Source: Alphaproteobacteria bacterium
GTDB taxonomy: Bacteria; Pseudomonadota; Alphaproteobacteria; Rs-D84
DNA length: 64,000 bases
NCBI GenBank assembly: GCA_017546265.1
Contig: JAFYXG010000003.1
Location: 4,920 to 68,919 of the forward strand
Reading direction: 5' to 3'
A program made the position numbers and the translations under genes. The notes under the pieces are model-generated. The model was not told the origin of the DNA, did no database searches, and saw only the letters and a list, made by a program, of their open reading frames with translations. Positions 8,830 through 17,636 of this stretch are shown piece by piece; the stretch's first letter is position 1; each line of letters starts with the position of its first letter.

Positions 8830-9354
8830 ATGTTCGGATTTGGTAAAAAGAAAGATAAAAAAGTAGAAAATAAATTTAATGAAGCAGATGTGCGGGCCGC
8901 AGAAAAAGATTTGGGCGTTGATAAAATGCCTGCCGGAATGAAGGAAACTGCCCAGCGTATGATGTCGGGACAGTTTGATATGAATGATATGTTGGCACAA
9001 TTAAAACAGATTAAAAAAATGAGCAATTTTAGTGGGTTGTTAAAAATGGTGCCGGGTATGAGTGGTGCTGTCTCTGCAATGAAGGAAAAAATCAAAGATG
9101 GCAGTGTTGATACTCAGATTAAAATTCTTGAGGCGATGACAGCTGCAGAACGTGCAGAGCCAGAAAAGGTGTTTGCTAATGCAAAAACACGTATTGCAGA
9201 AACAGCCGGTTGTACCGTGCGTGATGTTGAACATATTATTAAACAGTATACCAAGATGAAACAACAGATGGCTATGATTCAGCGTATGGGCGGAATGGAA
9301 GCCGTAATGGCGAAAATGCAGCAGCAGCCAGGTCCAAAACCTGCGGGGGTATAA
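8830..9354 (+). CDS. Stand-alone SRP54/Ffh M-domain-like protein (174 aa, no NG GTPase domain)
   Basis: FDMNDMLAQLKQIKKMSNFSGLLKMVPGM...ILEAMTAAERAEPE...RIAETAGCTVRDVEHIIKQYTKMKQQM parallels the E. coli Ffh M domain as I remember it (FDLNDFLEQLRQMKNMGGMASLMGKLPGM...SMTMKERAKPE...RIAAGSGMQVQDVNRLLKQFDDMQRMM). The tail is Met-rich. The ATG lies 3 nt after the uvrA stop, with AAGGAG inside the uvrA end. Confidence 0.7.
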   Translation: MFGFGKKKDKKVENKFNEADVRAAEKDLGVDKMPAGMKETAQRMMSGQFDMNDMLAQLKQIKKMSNFSGLLKMVPGMSGAVSAMKEKIKDGSVDTQIKILEAMTAAERAEPEKVFANAKTRIAETAGCTVRDVEHIIKQYTKMKQQMAMIQRMGGMEAVMAKMQQQPGPKPAGV

Positions 9355-9356
9355 CG

Positions 9357-9635
9357 GTGGATATTCAAAAACAGTTTGCCAGTTTTAAGTTGTTGTTTGA
9401 TTGGACGCCTGTTGCAGTGTATAAACCTGTTGCAGTTTATCAAACTTACCGGGATAAGGGTACTGTATTGCTGGGCTATGAAGTGCGAGTGGAATACAAA
9501 TATCATAATCCACGTCAGGTCTTTTTTACACATGATGAAGAAAAATTGTGCCTGATTAGTCGGAAAAAAGCTCTGAAAAATGCAATTGGCTTTTATGAAC
9601 AGATGAGTAAAAAAATACAGGAAAAACAAAAATGA
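9357..9635 (+). CDS. Small hypothetical protein, tandem paralog A
   Basis: GTG start right after the previous stop. LLGYEVRVEYKYHNPRQVFF aligns with ITGYRVIVQYTHHGRRELYF of the next ORF. Confidence 0.5.
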   Translation: MDIQKQFASFKLLFDWTPVAVYKPVAVYQTYRDKGTVLLGYEVRVEYKYHNPRQVFFTHDEEKLCLISRKKALKNAIGFYEQMSKKIQEKQK

Positions 9636-9892
9636 ATATAAAGTGGAATAGAATCTTGGATTGGTCTATCAGCAGCGTTTCCGATGTTTTGCCTGTAAAA
9701 AATACACTGGGGGCGATAACAGGGTACAGGGTCATTGTGCAGTATACGCATCATGGCAGACGGGAATTGTATTTTAACAATAACCAGGGGAATTTGTATT
9801 CTCAATACAATGGGCCAAAAGATGCGGCAGAACGTATGCGGGAACAATATATCAAATTGTATCTGAAACAAAATCGGGGCAAGTTGCACTAG
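9632..9892 (+). CDS. Small hypothetical protein, tandem paralog B
   Basis: ATGA start/stop overlap with paralog A, and a shared core motif (see paralog A). Confidence 0.5.
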   Translation: MNIKWNRILDWSISSVSDVLPVKNTLGAITGYRVIVQYTHHGRRELYFNNNQGNLYSQYNGPKDAAERMREQYIKLYLKQNRGKLH

Positions 9893-9901
9893 GTCCAAGG
9901 T

Positions 9902-10561
9902 ATGAAAATAACAAATAAAAAAATTGCAGGTAAAAAATCTTCGGTCGCATGGCTGCAACGTCAGGCGGCGGATCCATATGTCGCACGGGCTCATAAAGAC
10001 GGATATCGAGCACGGGCCGCGTATAAACTGATTGAAATGAACGAAAAGTTCAAGTTTTTGCGTAATGGTCAGGTGGTGGTTGACCTGGGGGCGGCTCCGG
10101 GGTCGTGGTCGCAGTATATCGCACGGACATATCCGAAATCTAAAATCTTTGCGATGGATTTGTTGGAAATCGTACCCATTGTCGGGGTGGAAACATATCA
10201 GGGGGATTTTACATCTGATGCTGCGTTGCGGTGGTTGGAAGATAAGTTGGGACTGCAACCCGATGAAGTTGGACATGGTACCGCTGATGTAGTCGTGTCT
10301 GATATGGCACCAAATACTGTTGGACATAAAAAAACAGACCATATTCGTCAGATGGTTTTGTTGGAATATGTGTTTGATTTTGCACTGCGGGCATTAAAGC
10401 CAGGTGGGACGTTTGTTTGTAAATCGTTTACAGGCGGTACTACCCAGGATTTATTGAAACAGATCAAGGAAAAATTCGAATCGGTTTATCATATGAAACC
10501 ACCATCTTCACGCAAAGACAGTGTGGAAATGTTTATCGTTGCAATGGGATTTCGTGGTTAA
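9902..10561 (+). CDS. rlmE: 23S rRNA U2552 2'-O-methyltransferase
   Basis: SSVAWLQRQAADPYV...GYRARAAYKLIE, SAM motif VVDLGAAPGSWSQ, and DVVVSDMAPN. Confidence 0.93.
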   Translation: MKITNKKIAGKKSSVAWLQRQAADPYVARAHKDGYRARAAYKLIEMNEKFKFLRNGQVVVDLGAAPGSWSQYIARTYPKSKIFAMDLLEIVPIVGVETYQGDFTSDAALRWLEDKLGLQPDEVGHGTADVVVSDMAPNTVGHKKTDHIRQMVLLEYVFDFALRALKPGGTFVCKSFTGGTTQDLLKQIKEKFESVYHMKPPSSRKDSVEMFIVAMGFRG

Positions 10562-10591
10562 ATAATCCGCTGATATGGCGGATTATTTTTT
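10562..10591. terminator. Bidirectional terminator (rlmE / rnhA)
   Basis: ATAATCCGC-TGATATG-GCGGATTAT followed by T6. It overlaps the rnhA stop codon. Confidence 0.7.
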
Positions 10592-11020
10592 GTCCCTGAT
10601 TTGTTCGGCAGCAGTGCGGGCCAGTAAATCTACTCGCTCGTTCATTTCATTCCCGTTGTGACCGCGTACCCAATGCCAATGTATCGTCTTGGTCGATGCG
10701 ATTTCGTCCAGTTTTTGCCATAAATCCTGGTTCTTGACAGGCTTTTTATCAGCGGTACGCCAATTGTTCCGTTTCCAATTTTTTACCCAGGATTGCATGC
10801 CGTTCTTAACATACTGACTGTCTGTGTGAATTTCCAGTTCGTTGTGCCGTGATGCCGCCGTCAACGCACGTATCACCGCCATCAATTCCATCCGATTGTT
10901 TGTTGTGTTTTCTTCGCCACCATTGCGTTCTGCAGTGTTTTTCCCATCGGTCGCAACAAAACCCCAACCGCCAGGGCCCGGGTTGCCCAAACATGACCCG
11001 TCTGTCCATATTTTTAACAT
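10583..11020 (-). CDS. rnhA: Ribonuclease HI
   Basis: IWTDGSCLGNPGPGGWG, NNRMELMAVIRAL, HWHWVRGHNGNEMNERVDLLA. Confidence 0.95.
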   Translation of the reverse strand: MLKIWTDGSCLGNPGPGGWGFVATDGKNTAERNGGEENTTNNRMELMAVIRALTAASRHNELEIHTDSQYVKNGMQSWVKNWKRNNWRTADKKPVKNQDLWQKLDEIASTKTIHWHWVRGHNGNEMNERVDLLARTAAEQIRDKK

Positions 11021-11039
11021 TTTTTAATTTTCCCTTTTT

Positions 11040-11054
11040 GTGATATAATATCAC
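11040..11054 (+). promoter_or_regulatory. Extended -10 TGATATAAT embedded in a 7-1-7 palindrome GTGATAT-A-ATATCAC, 7 nt before the tkt ATG
   Basis: TGATATAAT lies at 11041-11049 and the ATG at 11057. The arms GTGATAT/ATATCAC are perfect. Confidence 0.4.
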
Positions 11055-11056
11055 AC

Positions 11057-12838
11057 ATGAAGTATAATTCCAAAGATTTAAAAGAAATGTCCCGTGCAGT
11101 GCGGGCATGGGCTTTGCATGCCGTTCGTATGGCTGGCAGTGGTCATGTCGGTATCGTGCTGGGGGCGGCAGATGTAATGACTGTGCTGTTTGCGAACTTT
11201 GTTCGCCGCGGTCGTGACAGATTCGTTATGTCTGCAGGACACGGCAGTGCGTTGCTGTATTCTGTGCTGCGTTTCGTGGGGTATGATGTCGGGGATTTGA
11301 ATCAGTTTCGTAAATTGGGCGGACCTGCAGGACATCCAGAACATACTATCCCTGGGGTTGATGCAACAACGGGACCGTTGGGGCAGGGGGTTGGTAATGC
11401 GGTTGGTATGGCGTTGGCTGAAAAATTAAACAAAACCGATTCGCGTGTGTACTGTTTGTGTTCGGACGGTGATTTGATGGAAGGTGTTGCCCAGGAAGCA
11501 ATCGCCTTTGCAGGACGGTATAAATTAAATAATTTGATTCTGCTGTGGGATGATAATGGTGTCAGTATAGATGGTGTGGCACAGACTGATATGAATGTGC
11601 CTGAACGTGTCGCGGCCGCAGGATGGCAGGTCTTGACTGTGCCGGGTGATGATTTTGTCCGAATAAATCGGGCAATTGAAAATGCACAAAAATCTGATGT
11701 GCCAGTATTTATCCAATGTAAAACACAAATTGGTGCTGGGTCCAGTTTGGCGGGGTCGCATCGTGCACATGGATTTTCGCTGGGTGATCCAGAAATGATG
11801 CTGATGATTCAAAACAATATCTCGACTGTCGGTGAAGAGTTGTGGCGTAATGTCGCCATGGAACAGGTAAACGCAATATCTGGTCAGGTTGATGTGCGAT
11901 TGCCAAATGTTGTCCTGCCCGCTGTGGGACAGTGGATTTCAACACGTGAACTGTCGGGGATATATCTGAACGGTTTGTTGGAGGCGGGTGTCGATATTGT
12001 CGGGGGCAGTGCGGACCTGGGGGGCAGTACGAACGTTCGTGTGGCCGGGTCATGTAAAATTGTGCCAGGGGAATTTGTCGGGAATTATATTGATTTTTGC
12101 GTACGTGAAGGGGCAATGGCTGCAATCCTGAATGGTTTGGCCGTGTCGGGAAAACGTGTGTTTGGATCTACGTTCTTGGTGTTCAGTGATTATATGCGGC
12201 CGGGGATGCGGTTGTCTGCGTTGTCGGGGGTGCCTGTTATATATGTGCTGACGCATGACAGTGTGGCCGTGGGTGAAGATGGACCAACGCATCAGCCAGT
12301 CGAACAATTGCCAGGATTGCGACTGATTCCTAATATGAATGTGTTTCGACCCTGTAATGGAGCAGAAATTATTTATGCTTGGCGGCGGGCGTTGACAGAA
12401 AAAAATACACCAACCTGTATAGTTTTGTCGCGTCAGAAAATCAAACTGATAGAACCACCAATCGGTGCAGAAATACACCGTGGGGCATACGTCATAAAAA
12501 ATGCACAAACGAAAAATGTGCGTGCAACAATCTTGGCTACGGGGGGGGAAGTATCGTTGGCTGTGCGGGTTGCAGAGAAACTGGGAAATGCTGTTCAGGT
12601 TGTGTCTGTATCGTCTGTGGCGGATTTCAGACGCCAAGATTTGGAATATAAAAATAGAATTCTGCGGGGAACGGTCATCGCAATCGAGGCGGCCGCATCT
12701 GCACCGTGGTTTGAATTTGCAGATGCTGTTATTGGTATCGATCGATTTGGTATGTCAGGGCCAGGAGACGAAGTGTATGAAAAAATGGGCTTTGACGTTG
12801 ATGCAATCGTTAGTGAGATTCAATGCAAAATTAAATAA
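11057..12838 (+). CDS. tkt: Transketolase (short, 593 aa)
   Basis: GSGHVG, DGDLMEGVAQEAIAFAGRYKLNNLILLWDDNGVSIDG, HDSVAVGEDGPTHQPVEQL. Confidence 0.9.
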   Translation: MKYNSKDLKEMSRAVRAWALHAVRMAGSGHVGIVLGAADVMTVLFANFVRRGRDRFVMSAGHGSALLYSVLRFVGYDVGDLNQFRKLGGPAGHPEHTIPGVDATTGPLGQGVGNAVGMALAEKLNKTDSRVYCLCSDGDLMEGVAQEAIAFAGRYKLNNLILLWDDNGVSIDGVAQTDMNVPERVAAAGWQVLTVPGDDFVRINRAIENAQKSDVPVFIQCKTQIGAGSSLAGSHRAHGFSLGDPEMMLMIQNNISTVGEELWRNVAMEQVNAISGQVDVRLPNVVLPAVGQWISTRELSGIYLNGLLEAGVDIVGGSADLGGSTNVRVAGSCKIVPGEFVGNYIDFCVREGAMAAILNGLAVSGKRVFGSTFLVFSDYMRPGMRLSALSGVPVIYVLTHDSVAVGEDGPTHQPVEQLPGLRLIPNMNVFRPCNGAEIIYAWRRALTEKNTPTCIVLSRQKIKLIEPPIGAEIHRGAYVIKNAQTKNVRATILATGGEVSLAVRVAEKLGNAVQVVSVSSVADFRRQDLEYKNRILRGTVIAIEAAASAPWFEFADAVIGIDRFGMSGPGDEVYEKMGFDVDAIVSEIQCKIK

Positions 12839-13536
12839 TGGCGGATTATGTTTTTATTTTGTCGTCTGGTGAAGAAATTCCGGTGGTTATATCCACTCGG
12901 CCGGGATTGCGAAATATTACGCTGAGACCAAAAAGCAGCCCAAAACGTGAAATTCTTATTTCTAAGCCGTGGTTGGTTTCTGAAAATGCTGCTATTCGAT
13001 TCCTGGTGTCAAAACAGAAATGGATTGAGTGTGTATATCAACGGTGCCCCGATAAAATTATCGTTCAGTCGGACGATGAAATTGAATTTCTGGGGCGGCG
13101 GGTAAAACTGCAGCATGTATCAACCTTGCGGTCAAACAAATTTAGTGATGATGGATGTGTTTTGTATGTCGGCGGCGGGGCAGATATGTTTGAACGCCGT
13201 GTGCGTGATGAAATAAAAAAAGAATTCCTGATTGTGTTAAAAGATATGGTGCGGATGGCCCCGCGTGAGTTCTGGCCAAAAAAAATCGCCATACGCGATA
13301 CAACCAGTCGATGGGGCAGCTGTTCAACCACTGGAACAATGTCGTTTTCGTGGCGGTTGGCGTTTGCACCACTGGATGTGATGCGGTATGTGGTGATGCA
13401 TGAATTGGCACATAAAAAACACATGGATCATTCGCCGCAATTCTGGGCGACTGTGCGTGAATTGTATGGCCCAGGAGTGGAACGTGCAAAACGTTGGCTG
13501 ACACAGCATGGTGGGGAACTACACAGATATTTTTGA
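12838..13536 (+). CDS. YgjP-like M48-family metal-dependent hydrolase (DUF45)
   Basis: WGSCSTTGTMSFSWRL, and HELAHKKHMDHSPQFW (HExxH...H). The ATG overlaps the tkt stop by 1 nt. Confidence 0.8.
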   Translation: MADYVFILSSGEEIPVVISTRPGLRNITLRPKSSPKREILISKPWLVSENAAIRFLVSKQKWIECVYQRCPDKIIVQSDDEIEFLGRRVKLQHVSTLRSNKFSDDGCVLYVGGGADMFERRVRDEIKKEFLIVLKDMVRMAPREFWPKKIAIRDTTSRWGSCSTTGTMSFSWRLAFAPLDVMRYVVMHELAHKKHMDHSPQFWATVRELYGPGVERAKRWLTQHGGELHRYF

Positions 13537-13819
13537 TTGTATGATTGTGTGAATACGTACCTGTGGCATCTGTCGTGTGTTTCCGATATGATATAGATAT
13601 ATCTTTACGGGGCACAAAACGGCAGACCATCACCACATTTGTAAACGCCAAGAAAACTTTTCTTTCGTCATTTGTGTGTTTGGTTGATATGTTTATGCCC
13701 CGCCTGATTTTTTTTGTTGAAAGTACTTGAATTTTCTATGATTTAGAGTATAATATTTATGAAATGTTGATGAAAAACTTTGTTTTTGTTGTTTTGCATC
13801 ACGCCCACGCGGGCGAATA

Positions 13820-13849
13820 TTAGCATATGGATTTTTTCTGTGATATAAT
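13820..13849 (+). promoter_or_regulatory. Putative sigma70-type promoter of hisS (TTAGCA-N18-TGATATAAT region)
   Basis: TTTTTTCTGTGATATAAT at about 13832-13849, with the ATG at 13904. It shares an exact 14-mer with the tlyA upstream region. Confidence 0.45.
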
Positions 13850-13903
13850 GGGCATTGTAATTTTAATGCCGAACGTTTTACATAAAAACAATAGGATATA
13901 AAA

Positions 13904-15196
13904 ATGGATTTAAAACCAACAAAACCACTGTCGGGATTTATAGAACTGACACCCGTACAGCAAAGATGTTTTGATGAGTGTGCCAGACGTATGCAAAATG
14001 TGTTGCGTGGGGCGGGATTTAATCATTTGGATTTGCCTGCAATCGAACGGGCCGAGGTACTGACCGATAAAGATAACTGGGACGAAATTGAAACGCAGAT
14101 GTTCTTGTTCCAAAAAGGCGATACAAAGATGGGGTTGCGTTATGATGGTACAGTTGGACTGTCACGGTATGTGGCCGGGAATATGAATAATTTGGTGTTC
14201 CCATTTCGTGCCTATCAGTTCGCACGAAACTATCGGGGTGAACGTCCACAACGTGGTCGCTATCGCGAATTTTATCAGATGGACTTGGATATAATGGGGG
14301 TGAATTCACTGTCGACAAACTATGATGCGGAAATTGTTGCAACATTGTCGCGAGTGTATGAATCTGTGGCTGAATTTATTGGGCCAACTGTTGTTCGTGT
14401 GGGTAACAGAAAGTTCTGGAACGCAATGTTTGATTATCTGAATTTGGATGAAAAACAACGCCGCAGTGCATTTGTTTTGATAGACAAAAAGGATAAATTA
14501 AAAGACTTTCAAGAAGGGTTGATTGAAGAAATTGGTGAAAAGGCTGCTTTTGAAATAAACAAGGTGTTTACAGACGGTTATGGTTCGTTCTTGAATAAGT
14601 CTGATAACTTGGATTTGGCAATTTCTGAACTGGATAATTTTATGGAATTGCTAGGGGCTATGGGAATAAAAAATGCCAAAATTGACCTGGGGATTATGCG
14701 TGGACATGCGTACTATACCGGTGTGGTGTTCGAGTTCTTTTTGGAAAACTTTCCAGAATTGGGGGCGATTGGTGGTGGTGGTCGGTATGAAGACCTGGCG
14801 TCTAAGTTTTCTAAGACAAAAATCATCGGTGTTGGTGCTGCAGTTGGTTTTTCACGGTTGATGGTGGCTTTGATGGATGATAACCGTATAGATTTGACCC
14901 AATTTGAATCGCCTGTGGATGCGGCGGTGTTGTGTATGGGAACAAATCAGGTTGTATATTCAATGTCTGTTTTGGGGGCGTTGCGTGACGCAGGAGTTGC
15001 GTCCGTGGCATATCTGGATGCAGATAAAAAGTTTAAAAACCAAATCGAGTACGCTGATAAAATCAAGGCTAAATACAGTTTGATAATCGGCGAAGATGAA
15101 GTTAAAAATCATGTTGTTGCCGTCAAGAATATGATGTCTGGAGAACAGGCTGTGATGTCGGTTTGTGATGCAATTAAGATGATAAAGGTGGTGTAA
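13904..15196 (+). CDS. hisS: Histidine--tRNA ligase
   Basis: Class II motifs RYREFYQMDLDIMG and GGGGRYEDL. The C-terminal anticodon-binding-like domain (AAVLCMG...KYSLIIGEDEV) argues for HisS rather than HisZ. Confidence 0.85.
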   Translation: MDLKPTKPLSGFIELTPVQQRCFDECARRMQNVLRGAGFNHLDLPAIERAEVLTDKDNWDEIETQMFLFQKGDTKMGLRYDGTVGLSRYVAGNMNNLVFPFRAYQFARNYRGERPQRGRYREFYQMDLDIMGVNSLSTNYDAEIVATLSRVYESVAEFIGPTVVRVGNRKFWNAMFDYLNLDEKQRRSAFVLIDKKDKLKDFQEGLIEEIGEKAAFEINKVFTDGYGSFLNKSDNLDLAISELDNFMELLGAMGIKNAKIDLGIMRGHAYYTGVVFEFFLENFPELGAIGGGGRYEDLASKFSKTKIIGVGAAVGFSRLMVALMDDNRIDLTQFESPVDAAVLCMGTNQVVYSMSVLGALRDAGVASVAYLDADKKFKNQIEYADKIKAKYSLIIGEDEVKNHVVAVKNMMSGEQAVMSVCDAIKMIKVV

Positions 15197-15198
15197 TT

Positions 15199-16263
15199 AT
15201 GATAGTAGAAGAAAAACTGCGTGATATTCAACGGCGGGCCGCTGATGTCGAAAGTCAGATGAATTCAGGGGCCGCCAGTGGTGATGAGTTGACTCGACTT
15301 TCCAAAGAATATTCGCGTTTGAACGAAATTTTGCCGCTGATAAGTGAATATTTCCAGGTTGTCGCGGGTATCAGTGATGCAAAAGAAATGCAGTCTGACC
15401 CAGAATTGCGCGAAATTGCAAATGAACAGTTGGTCGAACTGAATCATGTGTTGCCCGATATAGAAAAACGTTTGCAGATTGCGTTGCTGCCGCGTGATGC
15501 CGCCGATGATAACAGTGTGATTATGGAAATTCGTGCCGGTGTTGGCGGTGAAGAGTCTGCACTGTTTGCGGGGGATTTGTATAACCAATATAAATCATAT
15601 GCCCTGCGTCAGGGTTGGAAGGTAGAGGTAATCGAAGAAAATGCAACGTCACTGCGTGGGTACAAGGAAATTGTGTTCAAAATCGATGGAGCAGGGGCAT
15701 ACGGACGCATGAAGTTTGAATCAGGAATTCATCGTGTGCAACGTGTGCCAGAAACCGAGGCGGGTGGACGTATTCATACCAGTGCCGCATCTGTCGCCGT
15801 TATGCCAGAAGCCAAAGAAATTGACGTTGTTATAGAAGATAAAGATATTCGTATCGATATTTTCCGTGCGTCTGGTGCGGGGGGGCAACATGTTAATAAA
15901 ACTGATAGTGCGATTCGTATTACTCATTTCCCGTCTGGTATTGTGGTGACGTGTCAAAATGAACGTAGTCAGTTGCAGAATAAAATCGCTGCTATGGCAG
16001 TTTTGCGTTCTAAACTGTACGAGAAACAACGTTCGGAACAAGAATCGGCCAGTAATGCATCGCGTAAGACAATGGTTGGTTCTGGCGACCGCAGTGAAAA
16101 AATCAGAACCTATAATTTCCCAGAGCAACGCGTGACGGATCATCGTATTAAACTGACGCTGTATAAGTTGGATGATATTTTGGCTGGCGGCGCAGGGCTG
16201 GATGAGATGATAGATGCACTGATTGCTGCAGACCAGTTGGAACAATTGGCGAATATGGAGTAA
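15199..16263 (+). CDS. prfA: Peptide chain release factor 1
   Basis: GGQHVNKTDSAIRITHFPSG and RVQRVPETEAGGRIHTS (RF1-type P-x-T tripeptide). Confidence 0.95.
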   Translation: MIVEEKLRDIQRRAADVESQMNSGAASGDELTRLSKEYSRLNEILPLISEYFQVVAGISDAKEMQSDPELREIANEQLVELNHVLPDIEKRLQIALLPRDAADDNSVIMEIRAGVGGEESALFAGDLYNQYKSYALRQGWKVEVIEENATSLRGYKEIVFKIDGAGAYGRMKFESGIHRVQRVPETEAGGRIHTSAASVAVMPEAKEIDVVIEDKDIRIDIFRASGAGGQHVNKTDSAIRITHFPSGIVVTCQNERSQLQNKIAAMAVLRSKLYEKQRSEQESASNASRKTMVGSGDRSEKIRTYNFPEQRVTDHRIKLTLYKLDDILAGGAGLDEMIDALIAADQLEQLANME

Positions 16264-16375
16264 TGTGTGCGGCGTTGTGCAACGATTAGGGCGGTTTATA
16301 AAATGTGTGAAAATGCATTGGGGAACAAGGTACCTGCTGAATATTCGTCTTATAAAGATTCAAAAGCAACGTTAA

Positions 16376-16408
16376 AAAACACCCGCAGTCGCGGGTGAGT
16401 TTTTTTTG
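16376..16408. terminator. Bidirectional terminator (prfA / OMP)
   Basis: A6-CACCCGC-AGTC-GCGGGTG-AG-T8. Confidence 0.8.
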
Positions 16409-16420
16409 ATTGCTTTCTTG

Positions 16421-17515
16421 TTAAAATGCGTATTTTATGTTCAAACCGCCAATCCAGCCGTCTCGACCGCCATCGCGGCGTCCGAAGTTGCCGGTAAAGG
16501 TAAAGCCCATAACAGATTTTTCCAAAGAAATTCCGTATTCTATAAAGTTATCTGTTTCGGGTGTGGAAATTTGTGTTCCGTTTACCGATATATCGCCGCC
16601 GTTGCCTGTGTTCATAACGTATGCAATGTTCAGTGAGCCGTGCCAGCCGTTGCCAATGTGTTTAATTGCGTGCAAACTGGGCGAGATTTCAAACGAGCCA
16701 AATGAATCGTTTGTTAAAATATCGCCTGATGCAGATGTGTAATTGTCGGATTTGATCCATGTGTAGCCAATGCTTAATCCTGGGGTTATGCTGAATGTGT
16801 CATCCAGTGCGATTGTGTATGTTGTGCGTGTCATGCCGCTGAGCCAAAAGTTTGTGAATTCGTCTTTACCAAACATTGTGTCTGCAGAATTGTTTAATAC
16901 ACCGCCGTTTAATATAGCATAAGCATTCAGGTTGCCAAATTTGTTGCCGTTGTAAATGCCAAAAAATCCGCCGTTTTCGTTCAGTTCTATTTCTGAATTC
17001 TTTTGGTCGCTGCCGACATAGCCCGCGTATATTCCCCACTTTGATGTTCCGTTCCACAGTTTTGTTTGACCACCAGATATGCCAAAAGTAAATATGTCCG
17101 TGGTGGATGAATAGCGTGTTGTGTTGTCAAAATTTGCGTGGTCGCGTCCGTGTTGCCAATTTAGCCAGGTGCCAGTTAACATGGCGTCTGGGTTTAAAAT
17201 GTCGCCGCCGCTGCGGCCATCGGCATTAAATTCGCCGTACAGGGGTTCTGTGCCGTATACCGGTGCGTGGCCGTATGTGGTTTTTGGGTCTTCGGATGAC
17301 TGTGGGTCAAATGGTTCGATTTTGGTTGCTGTTTTCCCCAGAGCCGTTGCCATAGAGCCGCCAAATGATGAAAGTGTGGTGTTTGTTATTGTGTGCTGGA
17401 TGGCGATAATGTTGTGTGCCGTAATGTTGTTTGCGTAAATGTGTGAATCAAATGCATTCGCCGCAGAAAGCCCGGAAAACAACATGACTGTTGTTATTAA
17501 GCTGATGTTTTTCAT
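16421..17515 (-). CDS. Outer-membrane beta-barrel protein (autotransporter-beta/porin-like)
   Basis: Signal peptide MKNISLITTVMLFSGLSAANA, Gly/aromatic alternating strands, and a C-terminal ...GGLNIKYAF. Confidence 0.7.
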   Translation of the reverse strand: MKNISLITTVMLFSGLSAANAFDSHIYANNITAHNIIAIQHTITNTTLSSFGGSMATALGKTATKIEPFDPQSSEDPKTTYGHAPVYGTEPLYGEFNADGRSGGDILNPDAMLTGTWLNWQHGRDHANFDNTTRYSSTTDIFTFGISGGQTKLWNGTSKWGIYAGYVGSDQKNSEIELNENGGFFGIYNGNKFGNLNAYAILNGGVLNNSADTMFGKDEFTNFWLSGMTRTTYTIALDDTFSITPGLSIGYTWIKSDNYTSASGDILTNDSFGSFEISPSLHAIKHIGNGWHGSLNIAYVMNTGNGGDISVNGTQISTPETDNFIEYGISLEKSVMGFTFTGNFGRRDGGRDGWIGGLNIKYAF

Positions 17516-17636
17516 TTTGTATTCTCTCTTTTTGTGGTTTTAATTTATGTTGCCATTATAGCATAAATTCCCATTTATAAAAACAAGAAAAGCATCAAGA
17601 TAGGTGGGTGGACTTGTTTTTTTGTTAAAATTTGAT

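Noticed and set aside
9593-10342. 249-aa minus-strand ORF, and similar long antisense ORFs (8521-9000, 12050-12637, 25118-25888, 28987-29724, 33959-34426, 41484-41918, 42993-43499, 54493-55155, 60379-61110)
   Set aside because: Each lies entirely opposite a confidently identified gene (rlmE, uvrA/ffh-M, tkt, leuS, membrane protein, family A, gcrA, 709-aa gene, dnaE, gpmI). Each also has a low-complexity or odd composition and no motifs, so they are shadow ORFs.
13537-13903. Riboswitch, T-box or sRNA in the 367-nt region upstream of hisS
   Set aside because: Only a short CGCCC-ACG-GGGCG hairpin and a promoter-like motif are visible. I could identify no specifier/antiterminator architecture or conserved riboswitch core by eye. 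The region is left unannotated.
13904-15196. HisZ (ATP-PRT regulatory subunit) instead of HisS
   Set aside because: Catalytic motifs 2 and 3 are intact, a C-terminal anticodon-binding-like domain is present, and no hisG neighbour is seen.
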